Positions 54,076 through 63,100 of a stretch of DNA of 64,000 bases are shown piece by piece (within the stretch, counting starts at the first letter, position 1; every line of letters begins with the position of its first letter). Under the pieces are notes generated by a model. That model made no database searches, was not told the origin of the DNA, and saw only the letters and a program-made list of their open reading frames with translations. Source of the DNA: Thermoplasmata archaeon (GTDB lineage Archaea > Thermoplasmatota > Thermoplasmata > Thermoplasmatales > GCA-001856825); assembly GCA_021816725.1 (NCBI GenBank), contig JAKAXD010000005.1, forward strand, positions 4,889 through 68,888. The letters run 5' to 3'. The position numbers and the translations under genes were made by a program.

Positions 54076-54423
54076 ATGATTGGTGGTACGATGACAACTC
54101 AGGAGAAGGTCCTTAAGGGAATCACCACGCTGCTGATCCTGAGAAATTTAGGGATGTCCCCATCTCACGGTTATGTGCTGCAGAAGGAGATATCTGCTGA
54201 ACTGAAGCAGAATTTGCCCGCAGGCGCGATTTATATCCTATTGAAGAATCTCGAAAAGAAAAAACTCATAAGCAGGGGGGAAAAAATAGAAGTGAATGGA
54301 CGGGGGATCACTCAGTATGTCATTACCTCAGAAGGCAAAAGGTTTCTGAAGAGGCATATTGTTCCCCTTGAAACGGTCGAAGGAGTTCTTGGCGATCTTA
54401 TAAACGACATAAAAAAAATATAG
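54076..54423 (+). CDS. PadR-family transcriptional regulator
   Basis: LLILRNLGMSPSHGYVLQKEI is a typical PadR wHTH. 115 aa. Divergent from the methyltransferase-MFS pair. Confidence 0.75.
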   Translation: MIGGTMTTQEKVLKGITTLLILRNLGMSPSHGYVLQKEISAELKQNLPAGAIYILLKNLEKKKLISRGEKIEVNGRGITQYVITSEGKRFLKRHIVPLETVEGVLGDLINDIKKI

Positions 54424-54518
54424 TATCACATCAGTTATAGTCGAAAAATGCTATGAAGAATGACTGTCATCCTACAAAGCGGGCAACATTACTTTCTAAA
54501 TGTGTTATGCTAGAATAC

Positions 54519-54524
54519 CAAATT
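54519..54524 (-). terminator. oligo-T tract downstream of tRNA-Pro
   Basis: Minus strand reads CTTTTTTG (T6) about 33 nt past the tRNA 3' end, which is the usual archaeal intrinsic termination signal. Confidence 0.35.
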
Positions 54525-54556
54525 TTACAAAAAAGATATCTAATACTGAAATGGTA

Positions 54557-54631
54557 TGGGACCGCCGAGATTTGAACTCGGGTCACCAACACCCCAAGCT
54601 GGTAGGATGGTCCAATCTACCCTACGGTCCC
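54557..54631 (-). tRNA. tRNA-Pro (anticodon GGG)
   Basis: The minus strand GGGACCGTAGGGTAGATTGGACCATCCTACCAGCTTGGGGTGTTGGTGACCCGAGTTCAAATCTCGGCGGTCCCA folds by hand into a cloverleaf. Acceptor stem GGGACCG/CGGTCCC, T arm CCGAG-TTCAAAT-CTCGG, anticodon arm CCAGC-TTGGGGT-GTTGG with anticodon GGG, U33 and G37. D arm has A14, G18G19 and A21. CCA is not encoded. Confidence 0.85.
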
Positions 54632-54632
54632 C

Positions 54633-54854
54633 CTAATCAAAGGGCAATATTTCCTCAAGCAGCTCAGCGTTTGAGAGGATCATCCTTCTGCAGCAGTACC
54701 TCGTGACATTGAGATCGTCAAGAATTTCTGATATTTCTTCAGAAGTTGCTTCCCTGTTCTTGGATTTTCTGATCTCTTCCACCTTGTTTGTAAAGCGAAC
54801 ATAGTCAGACCCAATGACCCTTCCGCAGCTGAAACATCTAACGGGTATAATCAT
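54633..54854 (-). CDS. rpoN: DNA-directed RNA polymerase subunit N (Rpo10)
   Basis: MIIPVRCFSCG...RYCCRRM zinc-binding signature. 73 aa. Confidence 0.9.
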   Translation of the reverse strand: MIIPVRCFSCGRVIGSDYVRFTNKVEEIRKSKNREATSEEISEILDDLNVTRYCCRRMILSNAELLEEILPFD

Positions 54855-54858
54855 TTTT

Positions 54859-55254
54859 TCACCTGTAAGACTTCTGTTTCTTCTTCCTTGCCCCGGTTCC
54901 TCCGGGCTTCTTTGGCAGCTTCTTTCTTACATCGTTTACTAGCAATGCTCTGTCGTACTCCTTGAACGTCTTTTCCAGGTCCTGGTCCTTGAAAAAGTCG
55001 ACAAGCGCTCTTGAAATGGCGGTCCTAGCTGCCTCTGCCTGGCCGATGACTCCTCCGCCCCTCATGTTAACCGAGATATCTATCTTCGAAATTTTATCCC
55101 CTGCAAGCATGACCGGCTCCATCATTTTGAGTTTTGCCAGTTCAGGCTGGTAAATCTCTATAGGGACTCCGTTAATCCTGATCCTTCCTTTCCCTTCCCT
55201 TATTGTTGCTCTTGCAACAGCCGTTTTCCTGGCTCCGCTTGTCTCAATTACCAT
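54859..55254 (-). CDS. rps9: 30S ribosomal protein S9 (uS9)
   Basis: [12 protein letters not shown]-terminus, [20 protein letters not shown]-terminal ...KKQKSYR. Confidence 0.9.
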   Translation of the reverse strand: MVIETSGARKTAVARATIREGKGRIRINGVPIEIYQPELAKLKMMEPVMLAGDKISKIDISVNMRGGGVIGQAEAARTAISRALVDFFKDQDLEKTFKEYDRALLVNDVRKKLPKKPGGTGARKKKQKSYR

Positions 55255-55651
55255 CTACTATCACTTTTGACCCCAGTTCTTTGCAAATATCATAGAGGGT
55301 TATAACGTTTGCAACATGCTTATTCTGGCATTCTTCAAGTTTTTCCAGTTCTTTCCCCTTGAAGTCCTTTGGAACTCCTATGTAAACCCTTAGTTTCTTG
55401 AATGCGTTTATCCCTTTTGAGTCCTTCATCGGGAGCATTCCCCTGACAGTTCTTCTGAATATCCTGTCAGCCTCTTTCGGGAACCTTGGTCCTTTCCTTA
55501 CTGATCCCACGTCCCTCTCCATCTTGTATCTTTCTATCGTGTACCTCTTCCTTCCGGAGACAACGGCCTTCTCTGCATTCACTACTACAATTTCATCTTC
55601 CTTGGTCAGGAGCTCCTTAGCAAGGTAGGACGATGCCCTTCCAAGAACCAA
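55244..55651 (-). CDS. rpl13: 50S ribosomal protein L13 (uL13); true start probably upstream at ATT 55675 or ATA 55669
   Basis: [13 protein letters not shown]...[12 protein letters not shown] is the uL13 signature. The coordinates use the first canonical start (TTG 55651). The conserved IIDGSN segment lies upstream of it, in frame (see finding). Confidence 0.9.
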   Translation of the reverse strand: MVLGRASSYLAKELLTKEDEIVVVNAEKAVVSGRKRYTIERYKMERDVGSVRKGPRFPKEADRIFRRTVRGMLPMKDSKGINAFKKLRVYIGVPKDFKGKELEKLEECQNKHVANVITLYDICKELGSKVIVDGN

Positions 55652-55681
55652 ATTGCTTCCATCTATTATTCTAATTTCACA

Positions 55682-56038
55682 TCACCCTATTATCTTAACT
55701 TTTGTTCCCTTCGAATTCTCCTTCATTAATTCTTCTAGTGTAATTGCCTTTCCACCCGCCTCTTCTATCTTTGAACGCGCAGATTTAGAAAAGTATAGTG
55801 CGGCAACCTTTACAGGTTCTTCTATCCTTCCAGATCCAAGTACAACGCCGGGAACTACTACCGTATCATCAGTCGCTGCGAATCGGGATATCTTCCCTAT
55901 ATTCACTTCCACGAGACTGTCCTTGGACTTCCTGATTCTTTTAGCGATATCGCCCCAGAATCTTGAATCGCTCTCTACTGCTGCCTTCTTCATCTCCAAA
56001 GCAAGTTTTTCCCTTTTATCTTTTTCGTTTACGCCCAT
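55682..56038 (-). CDS. rpl18e: 50S ribosomal protein L18e
   Basis: 118 aa. SRFWGDIAKRIRKS...VEVNIGKISRFA pattern. Conserved position upstream of L13-S9-rpoN. Confidence 0.8.
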   Translation of the reverse strand: MGVNEKDKREKLALEMKKAAVESDSRFWGDIAKRIRKSKDSLVEVNIGKISRFAATDDTVVVPGVVLGSGRIEEPVKVAALYFSKSARSKIEEAGGKAITLEELMKENSKGTKVKIIG

Positions 56039-56085
56039 TTATCAAGCACCTGGGTTGGAAGGTATGAATTAACTATTAATAAACC

Positions 56086-56892
56086 TTATCGGCTTCTTGC
56101 AAGTACTAATGCATTTTTAAGTATCTCTACGCTGGTGACAGCTCCCACCCCTCCCGGGACTGCAGTATAGTCCACAAGTGCGTTCTCTATATCGGGCTCA
56201 AAATCGCCCCTTATCTTGCGATCCACGACGTTTATACCGATATCCACAACCAACTTCTTGCTCCTTATTGTGGAGGCCTTGAGATATCCAGGTCTTGCAA
56301 CAGCAAGGAATATGATGTCGTTTTCCTCGATCAATTTCTCCATATTCTTTGTCTTGCTGTGAGCTACTGTCACTGTCGCATCCATGTTCAACAGCATCTG
56401 TGATAGGGGCCTGCCAACAGTGACAGACCTGTTGATGATAAGGGCATTCTTCCCCCTGAGATCTATATTGTTGTAGAGGAGAATGTCTATTGATGCCTTC
56501 GGCGTGGCTGGTGCTATCCCCTCAGCTCCAAAGTACAGCTGCCCCATGTTCTGGTATGTCACGCAGTCTGCGTCTTTATCAGGATCAATCGCCTCTGAGA
56601 CCATCTCGTTCGTTACCCCCTTGGGAAAGGGTCTACCTATTATGACGGCATCAACAGAATTGTCGTTGTTGAGCTTACCAATTGTACCGAGAAGCTCCTC
56701 TCCCTTGATCACCAACGGATTGAATTCTATGCCTACTTTCTCTGCATTCCTCCTTATGCTGTTGAAATACACTATAGATTCTTGGTCTTCCTCGTAAGCA
56801 ACAGAGACCATCTTCACTTTTCCAATATCTGCAACCCCTTTCTTCACTTCCTCAAGCAGGTGTTTTGCAATAGGTCTTCCGTCCAGAATCAT
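56086..56892 (-). CDS. folD: bifunctional methylenetetrahydrofolate dehydrogenase / methenyl-THF cyclohydrolase
   Basis: MILDGRPIAKHL N-terminus and PGGVGAVT C-terminal motif. Start trimmed from 56958 to ATG 56892. Confidence 0.9.
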   Translation of the reverse strand: MILDGRPIAKHLLEEVKKGVADIGKVKMVSVAYEEDQESIVYFNSIRRNAEKVGIEFNPLVIKGEELLGTIGKLNNDNSVDAVIIGRPFPKGVTNEMVSEAIDPDKDADCVTYQNMGQLYFGAEGIAPATPKASIDILLYNNIDLRGKNALIINRSVTVGRPLSQMLLNMDATVTVAHSKTKNMEKLIEENDIIFLAVARPGYLKASTIRSKKLVVDIGINVVDRKIRGDFEPDIENALVDYTAVPGGVGAVTSVEILKNALVLARSR

Positions 56893-56987
56893 GGGGGTTA
56901 ATTCTCTCCGAGAATTAAATATAATCCGAAAAGATGGTTCAGGTATCCAACAAAACACTTAATTACCGATTTTCACTTGCGTACCGA

Positions 56988-58925
56988 ATGGACGAATTAG
57001 CCGAATGGATAAAGTCTAAAGGTGTCAATACGACGAACGACATCAAGATACCGGAGAAGCTCGTTGACCAGGTTATTGGCCAGGATCAGGGGGTTGAGGT
57101 TATAAAGAGGGCGGCTAAGCAGAAGAGACACGTCATCCTCATCGGTGAGCCTGGTACCGGGAAATCAATGCTTGCCCAATCAATGACTGATTTCATTCCG
57201 AAGGAGGAGCTGGAGGATATACTTGTCTTCCATAATCCGGAGGATCCGAATCGTCCAAAGATAGTCACAGTCCCTGCAGGAAAGGGGAAGGAAATAACAA
57301 AGGACTATCAGAAGAGGGCGGACCAGGAGAAAACCGAGAGGACTAGGAGCGTAAGGATTCTTGTTATATTCATAGTGATTATCGGGCTTATCTTTGCCTT
57401 CATCAACTATCCTACAACACACTCAATTGACTCTACACCCATATTTCTTGCAATAATGGCTGCTGCATTCCTCTACATCGCTCTCAATATGGGACCAGTG
57501 TCCAGGGAAGACAAGACTCTTGTGCCGAAGCTACTGGTGGGTCATGATAAGGATGACAAGCCACCTTTCATAGATTCTACTGGCGCGCAGGCAGGAGCAC
57601 TCTTGGGAGACGTGAGACACGATCCCTTCCAATCAGGCGGACTTGAGACGCCTGCTCACCTAAGGGTAGAAGCGGGTAACATACACAAGGCAGACAAGGG
57701 CGTTCTCTTCATCGATGAGATCAATACGCTCAGGATGGAAAGTCAACAGAGCCTGCTGACTGCAATGCAGGAGAAGAAGTACACGATCTCAGGGCAGAGC
57801 GAAAGATCTGCAGGTGCGCTAGTGCAGACTGAGATGGTACCTTGCGATTTCATTCTTGTGGCATCAGGTAACCTCGATGCACTCCAGGGAATGCATCCCG
57901 CTCTGAGGTCGAGGATCAGAGGGTACGGATACGAGGTGTACATGAACACCATGATGGACGATACCGAGGACAACAGAGAAAAAGTCATGAGGTTCGTCAG
58001 TCAGGAAGTTGTCAAGGACAAGAAGATTCCGCCTTTCGACTACACAGCAATAGCAGAGGTAATTAGGGAAGCGCAGAAAAGGGCAGGGAGAAAGGGAAAG
58101 ATTACCCTGAGACTCAGGGAAATGGGCGGATTGATCAGGATAGCTGGCGATCTGGCCGTACAGGCAGGATCAACCTTAGTCACAAGTGATCATGTTATCA
58201 AGGCAAAAATCAAGGCAAGGCCGCTCGAGCAGCAGATTGCAGATAAACACATCGAAGCGTACAAGAATTACAGCACCTTCATGAACGAGGGGTATTCCAT
58301 TGGAATAGTGAATGGGCTAGCCGTTTTCAGCGCAGGATCAGGAATGGCTGAGTACTCTGGAATAGTGATGCCCGTTGCTGCCGAGGTAACTCCTGCTCAG
58401 GAGAAGGAGAGCGGCAAGGTCATAGCAACAGGGAAGCTGGGTGATATCGCAAAGGAAGCGGTACAAAATGTATCTGCTGTCATAAAAAAATACACCGGCC
58501 AGGATATCGCAAACCATGACGTCCACATCCAGTTCATAGGAAGCTACGAAGGGGTAGAAGGGGACTCTGCAAGTATAACAATCGCTACAGCGGTTGTTTC
58601 TGCAATGGAGGGAATACCAGTTGACCAGTCGTATGCAATGACAGGATCCCTATCGATCAGGGGACAGGTGCTTCCAGTCGGCGGTGTTACAGCAAAGGTG
58701 GAGGCAGCAATAGAGGCCGGATTCAAGAATGTCATAGTTCCAGAAAGCAATAAGGGGGACATTGTCCTGGAGGAGACGCAGAGGGCAAAGATCCAGATAC
58801 ACGTTGTGAAGACTATAACTGAAGTCCTCAATCTAGTTCTTGCCTCGACAAAGTCAAAGACATCACTGCTTTCTAAGTTTGATCTTGCAGTTTCCACGGG
58901 AAAGGTGATGGTCAATTCCAGTTGA
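56988..58925 (+). CDS. lon: archaeal membrane-bound ATP-dependent Lon protease (LonB)
   Basis: Walker A GEPGTGKS. Two TM helices inserted in the AAA+ module ([30 protein letters not shown]). Protease motif EGDSAS and [10 protein letters not shown]. Start trimmed from 56934 to ATG 56988 ([10 protein letters not shown]). Confidence 0.9.
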   Translation: MDELAEWIKSKGVNTTNDIKIPEKLVDQVIGQDQGVEVIKRAAKQKRHVILIGEPGTGKSMLAQSMTDFIPKEELEDILVFHNPEDPNRPKIVTVPAGKGKEITKDYQKRADQEKTERTRSVRILVIFIVIIGLIFAFINYPTTHSIDSTPIFLAIMAAAFLYIALNMGPVSREDKTLVPKLLVGHDKDDKPPFIDSTGAQAGALLGDVRHDPFQSGGLETPAHLRVEAGNIHKADKGVLFIDEINTLRMESQQSLLTAMQEKKYTISGQSERSAGALVQTEMVPCDFILVASGNLDALQGMHPALRSRIRGYGYEVYMNTMMDDTEDNREKVMRFVSQEVVKDKKIPPFDYTAIAEVIREAQKRAGRKGKITLRLREMGGLIRIAGDLAVQAGSTLVTSDHVIKAKIKARPLEQQIADKHIEAYKNYSTFMNEGYSIGIVNGLAVFSAGSGMAEYSGIVMPVAAEVTPAQEKESGKVIATGKLGDIAKEAVQNVSAVIKKYTGQDIANHDVHIQFIGSYEGVEGDSASITIATAVVSAMEGIPVDQSYAMTGSLSIRGQVLPVGGVTAKVEAAIEAGFKNVIVPESNKGDIVLEETQRAKIQIHVVKTITEVLNLVLASTKSKTSLLSKFDLAVSTGKVMVNSS

Positions 58926-59019
58926 CCTAACCTATTATTTTTTAGATAATTTTGATGAAAAAGACCTTGACAGGTTCAAGAATTGTGCACTTATCAGGGA
59001 GGACAGGATACTAGGGAAT

Positions 59020-59319
59020 GTGCATCTTGACGTTGCCATAAAGTACGTAACAGAAAACTTCGAAACAGGGAAGTCAATAAGCAAGTCCATCTGGAACGAG
59101 ATCCTCCTCTACCTTTCACTCCAAAGACAGGTTCATAAGGCCTTCGGGATGGTGGGAGTAAAAGGCTATTCAGGGCGTGTTGTAAAGGTGGAAAATTCCA
59201 ACAGTAGAAGGGATACTCCTGTAATTGAGATAACTGATTCAAAGAAGAGCTACTGGAAAGTGAAATCAGTTGAGCAGCTCCTTGAGAGAATGGCTATATT
59301 CCACATCGAGAATTACTGA
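59020..59319 (+). CDS. cgi121: KEOPS complex subunit Cgi121; true start probably upstream at ATT 58915
   Basis: SISKSIWNEILLYLSLQRQVHKAFGMVGVK matches the Cgi121 core (EIL.y.SgqRQI..A....G). The coordinates use the first canonical start (GTG 59020), but family-like sequence continues 35 codons upstream (see finding). Confidence 0.6.
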   Translation: MHLDVAIKYVTENFETGKSISKSIWNEILLYLSLQRQVHKAFGMVGVKGYSGRVVKVENSNSRRDTPVIEITDSKKSYWKVKSVEQLLERMAIFHIENY

Positions 59320-59347
59320 GCATCCGTCAATACCTAACTGGGAGGTA

Positions 59348-60016
59348 TTAGTTATTTACCCTCACTACCATGAAGCCGTCATAACCCTTGCCGCTCACAG
59401 TCTGAATCACAGTTGATTCGATCCTCTCGTCCTTTTTTGCTATTTCTATTGACATTCTAATACCCATTACTGAAGGGTCTCCATCACCATCCTCAATAAT
59501 CTTTCCATTCCTTACCACATTGTCTATCACAATTACTGTCCCAGGCCCTGAGAGCCTTAATGCCAAATCGAAGTATTCAGGATTGTTCTCCTTGTCTGCA
59601 TCAATGAATATCATGTCGAAAATTGATGCTCCTCTCTCAGCCATTTCCAACAACGTTTCCTTTGCTGGTCCAAGGATTATTTCCACCTTATCTGCCAATC
59701 CTGCCGACAGTATATTGTCCCTGATTATGCCTGCACGTTTGGCGTTGATTTCAAGAGTGGTAATCTTCCCCCCTTCAGGTAGCGCTTTTGCAAGCCAGAG
59801 TGTGCTGTATCCTCCAAGGGCTCCTATTTCTAGGATCTTTCTTGCATTTATCATCTTGGCTAACAGATATAGAAGCTTCCTTTGAGTCGGTGGAACGTTT
59901 ATGGGAGGTAGCCCTTCCTCATTCTGGCGTCTGAGTGCATTGGAGAAGGACGTTTCCTGCTTGACAATGTTGCAAGTGAAGTAATCCTCCACGTCATTCC
60001 ATATCCGCTGGTCCAT
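59348..60016 (-). CDS. class I SAM-dependent O-methyltransferase (family 3, caffeoyl-CoA OMT-like)
   Basis: KILEIGALGGYSTLWLA motif I and FIDADKENN. Start trimmed from 60109 to ATG 60016. Confidence 0.75.
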   Translation of the reverse strand: MDQRIWNDVEDYFTCNIVKQETSFSNALRRQNEEGLPPINVPPTQRKLLYLLAKMINARKILEIGALGGYSTLWLAKALPEGGKITTLEINAKRAGIIRDNILSAGLADKVEIILGPAKETLLEMAERGASIFDMIFIDADKENNPEYFDLALRLSGPGTVIVIDNVVRNGKIIEDGDGDPSVMGIRMSIEIAKKDERIESTVIQTVSGKGYDGFMVVRVNN

Positions 60017-60163
60017 GGGACCACCTACCTGATGGAAATAAATAAGTTCCGTTATTGGAAACAGTACAGGATGTGACGCTCCTTCCATGAATAGTTTTCG
60101 ACGGGTCACTCTACAAGTTTTTATAGCTTTTCAACATACCTTTCCCACTACGCAGGAATCTAA

Positions 60164-63100
60164 ATGATAATAAGAGGTAATAATGAGTACAATCTGGAGC
60201 AATACCTCGACCCCCTGGTCCTGGAATGGTTCACATCAAAGTACACCAATGCAACTGCCGCCCAGAAAGTGGGAATACCTCTCATCCACCAAAGGAAGAA
60301 TGTACTGATCTCATCTCCAACAGGAACAGGAAAAACTCTCTCTGGATTCCTCGTAACTATCAATGAACTGTTCCTCCTGGCCAAGCAGAACAAGCTGGAG
60401 GACAAGATATATTGCGTTTATGTTTCACCACTCAAGGCTCTTGCGAACGATATCCACAGGAATCTGGAGGTCCCTCTTGAGGAGATCAGGGAACTTGCAG
60501 AGAAGAAGGGGATCCACATTCCGAAAATAAGGGTGGGAGTCAGGTCAGGTGACACGAGTCAATACGTAAGGCAGAAGATGAACAAGACACCACCGCACAT
60601 TTTCATCACAACGCCTGAATCGCTTGCTCTAGCGCTCTTCTCACCCAAGTTCAAGGAAAAATTCCGGGGTGTCGAATTCCTGATTGTGGACGAGATCCAC
60701 GACCTCGCTTCCAACAAGAGGGGGGAGCTTCTGAGCCTGATAATAGAATTCCTCCAGTATAGCGCTGGTAACGTGACCAGGATCGGGCTTTCGGCTACAA
60801 CAGAGCCAATAGATGAACTTGCAAGATTCCTGGTGGGTAACATTGAGAAAATTGACGTTCATATAGTCGAGACGGAATCTAACAAGAATCTTGATATGAG
60901 GGTGGTATGCCCTGTATCGGACCTGTTCTCAGCACCACAGGAACAGATAAATGAAAGGACTTACGACATAATAGAATCGATGGTTAAGGAGCACACGACC
61001 ACCCTCGTATTCACAAACACCAGGAGCGGTGCAGAAAGGGTGTCTTCAAAACTGATAGAAAGGGGCATACTGGACCTGGAGGCGCATCATTCAAGCCTCT
61101 CCAAGGAGTCGAGGTTCAATGTTGAGGAAAGGCTGAAGAAGGGCGAACTGAAGTGCGCAGTATCCTCAACGTCTCTTGAGCTGGGAATCGATATAGGCAG
61201 CATAGACCTAGTAGTGCAGGTAGGGTCGCCAAAGGGAATTGCAAAGGGGCTTCAGCGGGTTGGCAGGTCTGGTCATTCAGTCTTTGCGACTGCAAAGGGG
61301 AGAATAATCCCAATGGACATAGATGACCTGGTGGAATCCCTTGTTCTTGTAAAGGAAGCTAAGGCAAAGAAGCTCGACAGGATAAACATACCCAAGAATT
61401 CACTCGACGTTCTCAGCCAGTTCATAGCAGGAATCTCCCTTGAAAAGAAATGGAATGAATCAGAGGCCCTGGATATAATCAGGAGAACGTACTGCTACGG
61501 CAACATCCCTGAGAGCGATTTCATAAACGTCCTCAACTATCTTTCAGGCGGGTTCGAGGAGGGGAACGTATATTCAAAGATATGGTGGGACAGGAAAGAA
61601 CACACATTCGGAAGGAAGAAGAGCACAAGGCTGATCTATTTCACCAATGCAGGCACGATACCCGAGGAAGCCGATTACGATGCATACTCAGTTGACAACA
61701 GGCATCTCGGCTCACTTTCGGAGAAGTTCGTCGAGAAGCTGCACAGGGGAGATATATTCGTCCTTGGCGCGAGAACGTATGAGTTCCTGAGGATGAGGGG
61801 GAACAAGGTGTTCATAAAGGATGCCTCTGGAAGGAAACCGACAGTGCCATCTTGGGTTGGCGAGATGCTTCCAAGGACATTCGATCTTTCAATTGAAGTA
61901 GGCAAGTTCAGGAAGGAGCTGGAAGCGAGAGTGAAGGATGGAACGGCTGAAGAATTCCTGAAGACAGAATATGCAGCGGACGAGAACAGCATCAGGAGCG
62001 TAATGTCATACGTTACAAACCAGATAGACTACGGGGTTCCTACAAACGAAAAATTCCTTGTCGAAGGGTATATTGACAAGGCTAACCAGTTCTCCGTGAT
62101 ATTTCATTTTGCCCTAGGAAGAAGGGTGAACGACGCTCTGAGCAGGATAATAGCATTCCATATTTCAAGGGATTTTTCCGTCAACTCGAGGATATCGTTG
62201 ACGGACGACGGTTTCATGCTTACATTCAACAGGAAGGTTGACGTTGCCCGGATAAGCGAGCTTCTGAAGACAATTACAATAGGGGGCTCACTCAGGAATG
62301 CAGTGAAGTCCACAGAACTTTTCAAGCAGAGGTTCCGGCACTGTGCAACCCGTTCCTTCATGGTACTCAGGAGGTACAGGGGAAGGGAGGTGTCAGTTGC
62401 CAGGCAGCAGCTCAGGAGCGAGAGGGTACTGAACATACTCTTTTCGATGGAAAATTTCCCCATAATAGAGGAGACTTTCAGGGAAATAGAAAGCATCGTG
62501 ATGGATATAGAAAATTCAGAGAAGATCCTGAAATCCATAATGGATGGGGAGATAGAGATAATATCAAGGGACTACACAAGATACCCCAGTCCATTCGGGT
62601 TCGGCATCATATCCACCGGAATCACTGACGTAGTACTGATGGAGGACAAGAGCGCCATTATCAGGGAGCTTCAGGAGGCTTTGCTAACTAAGATGGGGCT
62701 GGAAGGAAGCTCAGAGGTGGACATAGAATCACTCATGAATTACCAGGAATCAAAGCAGCTCATAGGCACCGAGAGTGGAATTATGGACTTCCTGAGCAAG
62801 GCCGGCTTTGCTGACCTGTATTCCACTGTCTCATTCTCTCCGTTCAAGAAAGCGGACAACCCCGAGGAATATCTTGACAAGCTTGCAGAGCATTTACGGA
62901 ACGGCGAGATAGTCCCGGTGTTCACGGGAAAGACAACCTACGCCCTGAGGGAGAACGTACCTTACCTTGCTGCTGTCTTCATGCAGGAGAACGATAAGGA
63001 AGTCAATTTCGAAGATGGGGAAAGCACAAATTCCATTGCCAAAAAGAACTCCCTCGATCCTGAGTCGACGCTGATCGTGCTAAGAAAGATGGAGAGGGCC

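Noticed and set aside
55651-56038. Stop-codon readthrough producing an L18e-L13 fusion (the two genes are in the same frame, separated by one TGA)
   Set aside because: This is possible in principle. However, a GGTGAT SD placed 5 nt before an in-frame ATT explains the data more simply, and no such fusion is known to me.
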